A stretch of DNA of 63,994 nucleotides, filler included, from Sandaracinaceae bacterium (GTDB lineage Bacteria; Myxococcota_A; Polyangia; Polyangiales; JADJQN01): assembly GCA_947483975.1 (NCBI GenBank). It is 7 parts of 7 records of this genome, joined end to end, with 100 filler letters (N's around TTAATTAATTAA, not from the genome) between each part and the next. Parts side by side here need not be neighbours in the genome. Positions count along the whole stretch, not along the records: positions 18,491 to 27,615 come from CANKOL010000214.1; positions 27,716 to 36,836 come from CANKOL010000215.1; 5 more parts are not named here. One strand, given 5' to 3'. Numbering within the stretch: position 1 is the stretch's first letter; every line of letters begins with the position of its first letter. The notes under the pieces are model-generated. The model was not told the DNA's origin. It was given only the letters and a program-made list of their open reading frames with translations, and ran no database searches. Position numbers and translations under genes: made by a program. Positions 22,349 to 32,099 of the stretch are shown here, piece after piece.

Positions 22349-23142
22349 GCGCCCCGCCCGTCCCCGGCGCCGGTCACGCGATCGCCGTGACGATGCGCCT
22401 GCAGCTCAAGCGCTTCTCGCGCGGCAAGAAGCTGCGCCTCGCCATCGTCGCGCTCGTGCTCGTCGTCGGCGGCATCATCGCGGCGCGCTACCTCGGCAGC
22501 AACCCCGACGCCGCGACGGTCGCGACGGCCGTGCAAAACGGCCTCGACCGCGGCTTTCTGCGCCTGCTCGTCTACTTGCTGCCGTTCCTCTTCGCCTCGG
22601 GCGTGATCGCCGAAGAGGTCGAGGGGCGCACGCTCAGCTTCCTCGTCGCGCGCCCCGTCAGCCGCTGGGCGCTCGGCGCAGGGAAGTACCTCGCGTCGAT
22701 CGCGCTCGCCGTGCCGCTGCTCGCGCTCGGCGTCCTCGTCGTGCACCTCGCGTGCTTCGCGACGCTGCCCGGACCGCTCGTCGACGAGTTCCCGAAGACG
22801 CTGCGCGTGATGGGCTCGGTCTCGCTGCTCGCCTGCTGCTACGCGGCGTTTTGTATGCTCTGGGGCGCGATCGCGGTGGAGGCGGCGGGCATCGTCGCGA
22901 CGCTGCACCTCGCCGTGCTCGAGTTCGGGATGTCGCTCGTGCCGGGGCCGATCCGCCTGCTGTCGATGAACTACATCGCCTCGCAGCTCGCGGGCTTCGA
23001 GAAGACCGGCATCTTCTCGGACATCACGCCGGCGGTCCCGCCGCTGACCGCGGGGCTCGTGCTCGGGGCCGTGACGCTCGTGTTCTTCGGGCTGAGCCTC
23101 GTCGCGGTCGCGTCGAGCGAGTTCCGCTTCTCGAAGGCTTGA
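22345..23142 (+). CDS. ABC-2 type transporter permease
   Basis: ATGA overlap, RBS AAGGAGG, EEVEGRTLSFLVARPVSRW..GKY motif. Confidence 0.88.
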   Translation: MSAPPVPGAGHAIAVTMRLQLKRFSRGKKLRLAIVALVLVVGGIIAARYLGSNPDAATVATAVQNGLDRGFLRLLVYLLPFLFASGVIAEEVEGRTLSFLVARPVSRWALGAGKYLASIALAVPLLALGVLVVHLACFATLPGPLVDEFPKTLRVMGSVSLLACCYAAFCMLWGAIAVEAAGIVATLHLAVLEFGMSLVPGPIRLLSMNYIASQLAGFEKTGIFSDITPAVPPLTAGLVLGAVTLVFFGLSLVAVASSEFRFSKA

Positions 23143-23784
23143 GTGCGCACCGAGTCGCACCAGAGCGTCGCGCGAGCGCGCGTGCGCACGGGGGAGCTCG
23201 CGCGCCATCAGATCGCCAAGCTCGAGGGCGGGCGGGCCTGGGTCGTGCTCAGCGGGCTCGGGCTGCCGCGCCTCTGGGACTACGGCATGAGGCACACGCT
23301 CGCGGGCTACACGAGGTCGCTCGAGGCCGGGCGCGGCCGACCGGCGCCCGAGCGGCTCGACGCCGCCCTCGCCGCGGCGCGCATCGCGCTCGCCGACGCC
23401 TGCGACCGCATCGTCGAGAAGCAGGTGCCCGACGTCGTGCTGCTCGCGCTGCTGGTCGACGCCGGCACGCTGCACGTGCTGAGCGCCGGCGCGGGGCGCG
23501 TCTATGTGCAGCGCGCGGGCACGCCGCAGCGCCTCACGCCGCGCGAAGACCCGCGGGACGGCGTGCTCTTCGCCGCCGCGACGCGCTCGTCCTTGCCGCT
23601 CGAGCCGGGCGACCTCGTGCTCGCGGGGAGCGTCTCGGCGTTCTCCGTGCGCGCCGTCGCGCGCCTCGCCGCGGTGCTCGAGGAGGACCCGCGCGCCTCG
23701 CCCGAGGTGCTCGTCAGCGTGCTGACCGAGCCTGCCGCGCTCGCTGGGGTGGGCGCCGCGGCGATCGCGCTGCGCGTCGCGTAG
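23143..23784 (+). CDS. PP2C/SpoIIE-fold protein lacking the catalytic Asp residues (putative pseudophosphatase)
   Basis: LHVLSAGAGRVYVQR...PQRLT and LEPGDLVLAGS match the PP2C framework, but the DG/GD/DG/DN acidic residues are replaced. Confidence 0.6.
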   Translation: MRTESHQSVARARVRTGELARHQIAKLEGGRAWVVLSGLGLPRLWDYGMRHTLAGYTRSLEAGRGRPAPERLDAALAAARIALADACDRIVEKQVPDVVLLALLVDAGTLHVLSAGAGRVYVQRAGTPQRLTPREDPRDGVLFAAATRSSLPLEPGDLVLAGSVSAFSVRAVARLAAVLEEDPRASPEVLVSVLTEPAALAGVGAAAIALRVA

Positions 23785-23870
23785 ACACGTTCGGCGCGCG
23801 AGACTGAGACGGCGACGCTGCGCTACGCTGCGCCTCGCGGGCGCCAGGCGCGCTCATCAAGGAGACCGCG

Positions 23871-24215
23871 ATGGAGCTTCACGAACTGACCCCCGAAGAG
23901 GACGTCGTCTTGGTCGGCCTGCTGCGCGAGATCTCGTCGGCGGATGGGCGCTACAGCGAGTCCGAGAAGGCGCACGTCGAGCGCGTGCGCGTCGCCCTCG
24001 GGGACGCGCGCTTCGACGCCGCCGTGATGACCGCGAGCAAGCAATTTCAGACGCGCGACGCGCTGAAGGCCGCGGCCAAGGCCGTGCTCGATCAGGACGT
24101 GCGCGTCGTCATCTACGACACGCTCGACGCGATGGCGGCGTCCGACGGCAAGACCGAAGAAGAGGAGCGCCCGCTCGCGTGGCTCGCCTCGTGGTGGGAC
24201 CTGGCGAAGAAGTGA
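23871..24215 (+). CDS. TerB-like protein
   Basis: RBS AAGGAG; duplicated ADGRYSESEK / ASDGKTEEE motifs. Confidence 0.75.
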   Translation: MELHELTPEEDVVLVGLLREISSADGRYSESEKAHVERVRVALGDARFDAAVMTASKQFQTRDALKAAAKAVLDQDVRVVIYDTLDAMAASDGKTEEEERPLAWLASWWDLAKK

Positions 24216-24231
24216 ACCGCGGGCGCGCGGC

Positions 24232-24780
24232 TCAGCCGAGGCGGTAGCCCGACTCGTACGCCGCGCGCACCGCCGCCTGGCCGTCCCGCTGCTCGATCAG
24301 CCACGGGAACTTCGGCGCGTAGACGCGCGGCACGACGACGACCCCCGGAGCCTCCGAGGTGCCGAAGACGAGGTCCCACACGGGCGAGGTCACGCCGTGG
24401 TTGGCGTGCACGCGCCCGAAGTGATGGCTGAGGTGGTTCGCGCGAGCCCAGCGCGCGTAGGCGTTGCGGGGCGCCGCGACGTGGATGCGGCGGTGGATCC
24501 CCTCGTAGATGACCCAGCCGAAGAACGTCCCGCAGGCGAGCACGGCGCCCGGCGCGCCGACGGCGAGCACGCCGAGGACGCCGATCACCGTGAGGATCGG
24601 CACCGCGACGGCGAGCTTCAGCGACCAGGGCGCGAACCAGTCGACCTTGGCGTGATGGCGCAGGTGCTCACGCGCGAGCCTCTTCCCGAGCACGCGCCGG
24701 TGAAACACCCAGCGGTGCAGGAGGTACTCGAGCAGAGTCCACAGCATCATCCCGGCACAGAACGCGAGCCCCAAGCGCAT
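24232..24780 (-). CDS. Fatty acid hydroxylase / sterol desaturase family protein
   Basis: His boxes HRWVFH, HLRHH, HRRIH and HLSHH; NHGVTSPVWDLVFGT; RBS GGAGG. Confidence 0.9.
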   Translation of the reverse strand: MRLGLAFCAGMMLWTLLEYLLHRWVFHRRVLGKRLAREHLRHHAKVDWFAPWSLKLAVAVPILTVIGVLGVLAVGAPGAVLACGTFFGWVIYEGIHRRIHVAAPRNAYARWARANHLSHHFGRVHANHGVTSPVWDLVFGTSEAPGVVVVPRVYAPKFPWLIEQRDGQAAVRAAYESGYRLG

Positions 24781-24828
24781 GGCGCCTCCCTCCCGAACGA
24801 ACGCGCGCCGCACGAGCGCAGCGCGCCA

Positions 24829-26106
24829 CTACTCTGTAGGGCCGCGCCGCCGAGACGGCGAGCCCTCCGCGCGCACAGGCTCGCAGTCGTAGAGCGCTCG
24901 GCAGAGCGCCACCGCGCGCGGCGAGCGCACGCGCCAGTCGAGGCGGTTCATCGCGTAGCCGAACGTCAGCTCCTGCGCCGGATCACACCAGCCGAGCGCG
25001 CCGCCGAGCCCCGCGTGCCCGAACGACTCGCGGTTCGGCGAGAAGAGCGTCGTCTCCTCCTTCAGAAAGCCCTGCGACCAGCCGACCGGCTTCTGCAGCA
25101 CGAAGTCGCGCTCCGACCAGCCTTGGCGCTCGTAGAGCGGCGCGAGGCTCGCCGCGCTCAGGTACGTGCGGCCGTCCGTCACGCCGCCCGACGCGAACGG
25201 CAGGTACGCGCGCGCCAGCCCGTGCGCGCTCGCCGTCGCCGACGCCCAGGCGAGCTCAGCGCGGCGCACGCGCGGGGAGTTGTACTCGGCGAGCCCCGCA
25301 GGCCCGAGGCGCGGGTTGAAGAACGCCTTTCGCGGCAGGGAGTCCCGCGCGAGGGTCGCCCGCGTGAGGCGCGCCTCGGTGCTGCCGCCGCGCAGCGTCG
25401 CCGCGAGCATCCGGAGCGCGCGGGCGGCCGTCTTCGGCGGATAGAGCGTCGCCAGGCGCGCGTCGAAGTCCGCCGGCGTGCCGAGCGACACGTCCGCGCC
25501 GAGCGGCTCGAAGAGCTCGCGGCGCAGGAACGCGCCGAGGCTCTCGTCGGCGATCAGGCGCTCGAAGAGCGCGCGGGCGTACATCCCGAACGTGATCGCG
25601 TGATAGCCCTGCGCCCTGCCCGGCGCCCAAAGCGGGCGCTGCCGCTCGAGCAAGCGCACGAGCCGCTCCTGCCGCTCGGGCAGCACGCAGTCGTCCATCG
25701 TCACGGGCTCGTCGAGCCCGAGCAGCCCGCCCTGATGATTGAAGAGCGTGCGCACCGTGATGGCGCCCTTGCCCGCCTGCGCGAAGCCCGGCCAATACGT
25801 CGCGACGGGCGCGTCCCACTCGAGCAGCCCGCGGTCCGCGAGGAGCGCGAGCCCCATCGCCGCGAGCCCCTTGGTCACCGAGAACACGACGATGCGCGTG
25901 TCGCGCGCCCACGGCTCGCCGCGCGCGACGTCCGCAGAGCCGCCCCAGAGGTCGACGACGCAGCGACCGTGGTGATAGACGGTCAGCCCCGCGCCGACCT
26001 CGGAGCCGTCGCGGAACTGAGCGGCGAAGCGCTCCGCGAGCGGCCCAAAGCCGTCGGCGTAGCTGCCGCTGCAAGGGCGCGGCGCCGCGCGCCCCTCGAG
26101 CCTCAC
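24829..26106 (-). CDS. Serine hydrolase, beta-lactamase/family VIII esterase
   Basis: SxxK (FSVTKG), YWPGF, GYHAITFG and FGHAGLGG; start placed at the GTGA overlap with the upstream stop. Confidence 0.9.
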   Translation of the reverse strand: MRLEGRAAPRPCSGSYADGFGPLAERFAAQFRDGSEVGAGLTVYHHGRCVVDLWGGSADVARGEPWARDTRIVVFSVTKGLAAMGLALLADRGLLEWDAPVATYWPGFAQAGKGAITVRTLFNHQGGLLGLDEPVTMDDCVLPERQERLVRLLERQRPLWAPGRAQGYHAITFGMYARALFERLIADESLGAFLRRELFEPLGADVSLGTPADFDARLATLYPPKTAARALRMLAATLRGGSTEARLTRATLARDSLPRKAFFNPRLGPAGLAEYNSPRVRRAELAWASATASAHGLARAYLPFASGGVTDGRTYLSAASLAPLYERQGWSERDFVLQKPVGWSQGFLKEETTLFSPNRESFGHAGLGGALGWCDPAQELTFGYAMNRLDWRVRSPRAVALCRALYDCEPVRAEGSPSRRRGPTE

Positions 26107-27615
26107 CGCGGGATGCACTGACCGGTCGCCGCCACGCAGCGCAGCGTCGGATCGATCGACGTGCAGAACGAGTCACCGCCGTAGAAATTGCAGCGCGGCG
26201 CGCAGACGCTGTAGGTGCTCGTCCAGCAGACCTGCTCGAGGCTGCCGACGCCCGCGCAGTCGGCGTCGGTCGAGCAGCGACACGTGAAGAGGTCCACCTG
26301 ACCGTCGCCGTCGTCGTCGAGCCCGTTGCAGCACTCGGTGCCCGCGCCGAACGGACGGCAGTTCGTGTCGGAGCAGTCGATCTGCGAGTTGCAGTCGTCG
26401 TCGCGGCCGTTCGTGCAGGTCGCGACGGTCGACTCGCGCCGCGCCGTCGGCACGCACATCCCGGCGTCCGCGCTGCCGCCGTCGCGCGCGCCCGCGTCCG
26501 GGGCGAAGCACAGCGGGTTCATCGCGCAGTCGGGGTCCGCGCAGTCGGTCGCGCCATCGCAATCGTCGTCGACGAAGTCGCCGCAGTTGCTCTCGAAGGG
26601 CGCGCAGACTCGGCAGCTCGGGTCGCTCGCGCAGGCGGGATCCGAGCAATCGGCCATGCCGTTGCAGTCGTCGTCGACGCCGTTGGTGCAGCTCGACTCC
26701 GTGGGCTGACATACGAAGCACGCCGGGTCGGCGCTGCAGTCGTCGTCGGCGCAGTCGACGCGCGCGTCGCAGTCGTTGTCGAAGCTGTCCGTGCAGCTCG
26801 TCTCGAACGCCTCGCAGGGGTTGCAGCTCGCGTCGCCGGCGCACGCCGGGTCATCGCAGTCGATCAGCCCGTTGCAGTCCTCGTCGAAGCCCGTGTTGCA
26901 GATCTCACGCGGCAGGCAGAGGCGGCAGAGCGGGTTGCCCGTGCAGTCCGAGTCGGCGCAGTCGACCTGCCCGTCGCAGTCGTTGTCGCGCCCGTCGCGG
27001 CAAGCCTCGGCGACGCAGCCCGGCCCACACGACGGGTCGGCCGCGCAGCGCGGATCGGCGCAGTCGGCGAGCCCGTTGCAGTCGTCGTCGATGCCGTCGC
27101 CGCAAAGCTCGATCGGCAGACACGCGCGGCAGAGCGGGTTCCCCGTGCAGTCGGGGTCGTTGCAGTCCGTCAGCCCGTCGCAGTCGTTGTCCTGCGCGTC
27201 GCGGCAGATCTCGGTCGGCCCGCAGACGATGCAGACGGGGTCGCGCGCGCAGTCCGTGTCGGCGCAGTCGATCTGTCCGTCGCAGTCGTTGTCGCGTCCG
27301 TCGCGGCAGACCTCCGCCGTGCACGTCACGCACGCGGGCACGCGCGCGCAGTCCGTGTCGCTGCAGTCGCTGCGCCCATCGCAGTCGTCGTCGACGCCGT
27401 TGGTGCAGCTCTCCGGGACACAGACGCGGCACGCGGGGTCGAGCGCGCAGATCGGGTCTGCGCAGTCGATCAGCCCGTCGCAGTCCTCGTCGAAGCCGCC
27501 GGTGCAGCGCTCCGCCGTCGCGACGCAGCCGCCGCCATCGGGCCGCCCGCCGTCGACACCGCCGCCGTCGACGCGCCCGCCGTCCACCGGGCCGCCGTCC
27601 ACACCGCCGCCGTCC
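26103..27615 (-). CDS. Cys/Asp-rich repeat surface protein, 5' truncated
   Basis: DGG linker followed by about 11 CxxGxDxDCDGxxDCxDxxC repeats. Confidence 0.8.
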
Positions 27616-27715
27616 NNNNNNNNNNNNNNNNNNNNNNNNNNNNNNNNNNNNNNNNNNNNTTAATTAATTAANNNNNNNNNNNNNNNNNNNNNNNNNNNNN
27701 NNNNNNNNNNNNNNN
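27616..27715. other. Artificial contig linker
   Basis: N44-TTAATTAATTAA-N44. Confidence 0.99.
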
Positions 27716-28032
27716 AACGCCTTCTTGTCGGCCTTGGTCGCGGAGGGCAGGCGCGCGAGGGAGCGCCGCACGCCGGACACGAGCGCGAAGCCCGCCGCGC
27801 TGGCCGCGTCCTGCGTGCGCGTCGCGGCCTTGAGGGCGACGGGCGCGTTCGACGCCTGCGCGCGCTTGCCGTCGAACGCGGCGACGTTGGCGGCGAGGTG
27901 GTCAATCAAACCCGCCGCGAGCCGTGGCTCGAGGTCGGAGCGGAACTCGGCTGTGAGCGCGAGCGTGGCATTGGCGATGTCGGAGATGCGAGCGATGGGC
28001 CACTTGGAGCGAGCGGGAGCAGCAGCGGGCAT
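27716..28032 (-). CDS. Hypothetical helical protein, truncated by contig edge
   Basis: Strong RBS AAGGAGG before ATG 28032 (MPAAAPARSKWPIARISD...); GC-rich third codon positions. Confidence 0.65.
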
Positions 28033-28137
28033 GGAGTCCTCCTTCGATGCGCGCGAGCGTACAAAAGGCGCCGGGGGAGGCGTCAAGCGGGAAATGCAGA
28101 GAGTGAACGCGCAACGGCAGTGATAGGCTGCCCGACC

Positions 28138-31100
28138 ATGCCCCCCACCATTGCCGATTTCGTCGCCCGTTGGCGCGCCGCTGGCGCCGAGGAGCGCGCC
28201 AACAAGGACTCGTTCTTCATTGAGCTCTGCTCCGTCCTCGGCATCGCGCCCCCGGACCCGAAGCGAGGGGATCCGGCGCTCGACACCTACGTCTTCGAGG
28301 CTGACGTCCGCTGGCCCAACGAAGCGAAGGCGGCGTCTGTCCGCAAGATCGACGTCTACCGCGCGGGAGCGTTCATCCTCGAGGCGAAGCAGGGGCAAGA
28401 CAAGGAAGAGACCGAGGCCGCGCGCAAGCTGAACAAGGCCAAGCGCGGCACGCCGGCCTGGGAGGAGGCGATGAATGGCGCGCGCGGTCAGGCGCTCGGC
28501 TACGCGCGCATGATGGCCAAGCCGCCGCCGTTCCTCGTCATCGCGGACCTCGGCTACTGCTTCGATCTCTACGCCGCGTTCGACGGCACCGACCACTACA
28601 CGCCGTTCCCCGATACGTTCAAGTCGCGCGTCTACTTTGTGGACCTCGAGGCGAACGCTGCGCTGCTGCGCGCAGTCTTCACGGACCCTCTTACGCTGGA
28701 TCCAGCGCGCAAGATGGCGAGGGTCACCGACGATATCGCGGGCCACCTCGCTGGAATCGCTCAGTCGCTGGAGAGCGACGGGAACGCGCCGGAGGCCGTC
28801 GCGACGTTCCTGATGCGGTGCATCTTCACGATGTTCGCTGAGGACGTCGGCCTCTTGCCGCAGTACCCGAACTCGAACCATGGCGTCTTCACCGGCGCGC
28901 TCGAGCACTTATGGAAGCCGAACCCGCGCGCGTTTCCTGCAGGCGTCGAGGGCTTCTGGCGCGCGATGAACGCGGGCACGGACTTCGGCTTCATCGGCAA
29001 GCTGCTGCGCTTCAACGGCGGATTGTTCGCTGAGCCCACCGCGTTGTCGCTCACCGCCAAGCAGCTCGACCTGCTGCTCGAGGCGGCCAAGTGCGACTGG
29101 TCCGAGGTCGAGCCCGCCATCTTCGGCACGCTCATCGAGCGCGCGTTGGACCCGAAGGAGCGCCACGCGCTCGGCGCGCACTACACCCCGCGCGCGTACG
29201 TCGAGCGTCTGGTGCGCCCGACGATCGAGGAGCCGCTCCGCGCGGATTGGGACCTCGTGCAGGCGCAAGTCCGGCAGCTGATCGACGACGCAGGGCCGGA
29301 GCCTGAGCGCCCGGTGACGCTCAGCGCAGAGGAGCTGCGCGCTCGCGGTACGAAGGCCGATCAAGCGCTGATGGAGCGATACGGCCGCGAGATGAAGGCG
29401 CGCGAGGCGACCCTCAAGAAGGCGCGGCTCCTGGTGCACGCGTTTCACCAGAAGCTCTGTGCGATCCGCGTCCTCGACCCCGCTTGCGGCTCAGGCAACT
29501 TCCTCTACGTCGCGCTCGACCTCTTTCAGCACCTAGAGGACGAGGTGCTCGCCAAGCTGAGAGCGCTGGGCGAGAGCCAGGAGGCGTTGCGTGCAGAGAC
29601 CATTCGAGTGTCGCCCGCGCAGTTCCTGGGCATCGAGATCAAGCGTTGGGCGAAGGAGGTCGCCGAGCTGGTGCTCTGGATCGGCTTCCTGCAGCACCAC
29701 ATGCGCCTCTACGGCACGGCGACCCCCCCGTCTGAGCCTGTCTTGCAGGACTTCAAAAACATCGAGTGCCGCGACGCTGTGCTGGCCTGGGATAGCCAGG
29801 AACTCGTCCGCGACGCTCAAGGCAAGCCCGTCACGCGGTGGGACGGCGACACGATGAAGACGCACCCGGTCACAGGTGCGCAAGTCCCCGACGAGAGCGC
29901 TCAGGTCGCCGTCTACCGGTACGTGAACCCGCGCAAGGCCGAGTGGCCCAAGGCGGATTTTATCGTGGGAAATCCGCCATTCGTGGGCACTCGACGAATG
30001 CGACTCGTTCTTGGTGACGGGTACGTGGAAGCGCTCACAACGGCGATCCCTGATGTATCGCGGGAAGCCGATTTTGTTATGTATTGGTGGGACCAGGCCG
30101 CTTGCTCACTAGTCGAGCAGGGAACGCTACGATTTGGGCTGATCACGACCAACAGCATCTCGCAGAGCTTCAGTCGTGCGACGATTCAACGACACCTTGT
30201 TAAGAAGAACCCGATTTCAATCGTCTTCGCGATTCCTGACCATCCGTGGGTCGATTCAGCTGAAGGCGCCGCCGTTCGTGTGGCGATGACCGTTGGGGAA
30301 GCGGGACTTCGACCTGGCCAACTTCTTCATGTGCGATCAGAAACGGCGGTCGACCGGGTGGACGCCTTGGAGGTCCAACTCACTTCACCGGTCGTCGGCA
30401 CCATTTCCCAAGACTTGCGCGTTGGCGTTTCACCGGCAAGCGCTGTACCTCTGACGTCAAATACTCGTGTCGCGTATTTGGGCGCAAAGTTCTATGGCGA
30501 TGGTTTCATCGTTACCCGAGAAAGAGCGTCGTCCCTAGCAGCGACGCACGCCGGGCACAACGTTGGTCGACCGTTCTTGAGTGCTCGCGACTTCACCTCA
30601 AGAGCGCGCAACTTGTGGGTTCTCGATTGTGACGGCCTTAGCGAAAGTGAGTTGCGCGACAAACTCCCTGCGACGTACCAACACTTGCTTGAGCATGTGA
30701 AGCCGGTTCGTGCTCAGAACCCTCGTCCCCTAAAGCGCGACCGGTGGTGGATTCTGGGCGAGAACCAACCCGGTATGCGGCGGGCGGTAGCGCAACTCGA
30801 GCGCTACGTAGTTAGTCCGGAAACAGCCAAGCATCGAGTGTTTCAATTCATCCCGCGCGCGGTACTCGCGGAGGGTGGACTCGTGGCAGTCGCACTTGAC
30901 GACGCCTTCCACCTGGGAGTGCTTTCGGGGCGAGCGCACATCGTGTGGGCTCTCGCGGCTGGCGGACGTCTTGGTGTCGGAAACGATCCGCGCTACAACA
31001 AGACACGCTGCTTCGACCCCTTCCCCTTTCCTGTCTGTACTCCCACGCAGACTACCCGAATTCGAGCTCTTGGCGAGCAACTCGATGCGCATCGCAAGCG

Positions 31101-31713
31101 GCAGCAGGCGGTGCATCCCGCGCTGACGATCACTGGCATATACAACGTGCTCGAGAAGCTGCGCTCGGAGGAAGCGCTGACGGACAACGAGCGAGTCATC
31201 TACGAGCAGGGGCTCGTCTCCGTGCTCAAACAGTTGCACGACGACCTCGACGCGGCGGTGTTCGATGCGTACGGCTGGCCGCACGACCTCACGGACGAGC
31301 AGATCCTCGAGAGGCTCGTCGCGCTCAACACCGAGCGCGCAGAGGAAGAGAAGAACGGCCTCGTGCGGTGGCTGCGCCCGGAGTTTCAGAACCCGGGCGG
31401 CGCGCAGGCTGCTACGCAGGTGGTTTTGACTGGCGTGCCAGAGGATGCAGTGGGCGATGAGGGCGCAGAGGCGGCGGTCGTCCCGGCGGCGCAGGCTGCG
31501 TGGCCGAAGGGCATGCCCGAGCAGCTCGGCGCGGTGCGCGATCTGGTGCTGCGTGGCGCGTCCGCGTGGACAGCGGCGCAGGTCGCGGCGCGCTTCAAGG
31601 GCGTGACCGCGAAGGGGGTTATCGCCGTGCTCGACAGCCTCGCGGCGCTCGGGCTGGTGGTGACGTACGAGCAGGGCGGCGAGCGGGCGTGGAGAGCAGC
31701 GCGGAGCGGGTGA
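28138..31713 (+). CDS. MmeI-like Type IIL/IIG fused restriction endonuclease - N6-adenine DNA methyltransferase
   Basis: N-terminal FVARW..ERAN..FFIELC and IDVY..FILEAK (PD-ExK nuclease); FNGGLF, IFGTLIER, GAHYTP, LDPACGSGNFL (motif I), GNPPF (motif IV), CFDPFPFP and LHDDLDAAVFDAYGW. Confidence 0.92.
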   Translation: MPPTIADFVARWRAAGAEERANKDSFFIELCSVLGIAPPDPKRGDPALDTYVFEADVRWPNEAKAASVRKIDVYRAGAFILEAKQGQDKEETEAARKLNKAKRGTPAWEEAMNGARGQALGYARMMAKPPPFLVIADLGYCFDLYAAFDGTDHYTPFPDTFKSRVYFVDLEANAALLRAVFTDPLTLDPARKMARVTDDIAGHLAGIAQSLESDGNAPEAVATFLMRCIFTMFAEDVGLLPQYPNSNHGVFTGALEHLWKPNPRAFPAGVEGFWRAMNAGTDFGFIGKLLRFNGGLFAEPTALSLTAKQLDLLLEAAKCDWSEVEPAIFGTLIERALDPKERHALGAHYTPRAYVERLVRPTIEEPLRADWDLVQAQVRQLIDDAGPEPERPVTLSAEELRARGTKADQALMERYGREMKAREATLKKARLLVHAFHQKLCAIRVLDPACGSGNFLYVALDLFQHLEDEVLAKLRALGESQEALRAETIRVSPAQFLGIEIKRWAKEVAELVLWIGFLQHHMRLYGTATPPSEPVLQDFKNIECRDAVLAWDSQELVRDAQGKPVTRWDGDTMKTHPVTGAQVPDESAQVAVYRYVNPRKAEWPKADFIVGNPPFVGTRRMRLVLGDGYVEALTTAIPDVSREADFVMYWWDQAACSLVEQGTLRFGLITTNSISQSFSRATIQRHLVKKNPISIVFAIPDHPWVDSAEGAAVRVAMTVGEAGLRPGQLLHVRSETAVDRVDALEVQLTSPVVGTISQDLRVGVSPASAVPLTSNTRVAYLGAKFYGDGFIVTRERASSLAATHAGHNVGRPFLSARDFTSRARNLWVLDCDGLSESELRDKLPATYQHLLEHVKPVRAQNPRPLKRDRWWILGENQPGMRRAVAQLERYVVSPETAKHRVFQFIPRAVLAEGGLVAVALDDAFHLGVLSGRAHIVWALAAGGRLGVGNDPRYNKTRCFDPFPFPVCTPTQTTRIRALGEQLDAHRKRQQAVHPALTITGIYNVLEKLRSEEALTDNERVIYEQGLVSVLKQLHDDLDAAVFDAYGWPHDLTDEQILERLVALNTERAEEEKNGLVRWLRPEFQNPGGAQAATQVVLTGVPEDAVGDEGAEAAVVPAAQAAWPKGMPEQLGAVRDLVLRGASAWTAAQVAARFKGVTAKGVIAVLDSLAALGLVVTYEQGGERAWRAARSG

Positions 31714-31754
31714 TACGAGGGGACGAGAGGAGCGCCGAAGACTCCTCTCCCGAG

Positions 31755-31781
31755 CCCTCTCCTCGCGCGGCGAGGAGAGGG
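31755..31781. repeat. REP-like perfect hairpin downstream of the RM gene
   Basis: CCCTCTCCTCGC-GCG-GCGAGGAGAGGG: 12-bp stem, 3-nt loop, preceded by CTCCTCTCCCGAG. Confidence 0.75.
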
Positions 31782-31785
31782 GGCC

Positions 31786-31866
31786 GGAGTGTGCGCACGG
31801 CGGGCGCAAGAGTGGAGTGAGCGTACGGCAGCGGCAAAAGTGGAGTGAGCGTATGGCGGGGGCAGG
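31786..31866. repeat. Imperfect 28-bp tandem repeat, about 3 copies
   Basis: GGAGTGTGCGCACGGCGGGCGCAAGAGT / GGAGTGAGCGTACGGCAGCGGCAAAAGT / GGAGTGAGCGTATGGCGGG... Confidence 0.75.
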
Positions 31867-32099
31867 CTTCCGCAGAATGCGCGCATCGCCGCCCCAGCGA
31901 CGGCCGTGGGACGAGCGCAGGAGGGCGGGCAGCGATCGTAGCGGATTGTTTGCCGGGGCGTTCGATTGGCGCTGCACCCCTCTCCGCAAGAGCGCGCCTC
32001 CCGTCCGACGAGCACGTCACGCGGCCGGCGCGGCGCCCCTCGTTCACCGCCGCACAGAAGCCGCGCAGCCCGTCCCACACCGCTCGATCATCGTGCCCG

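Noticed and set aside
27716..32099. RM region as a prophage, integron or transposon
   Set aside because: No integrase, transposase, att site or terminal repeats are visible within the contig.
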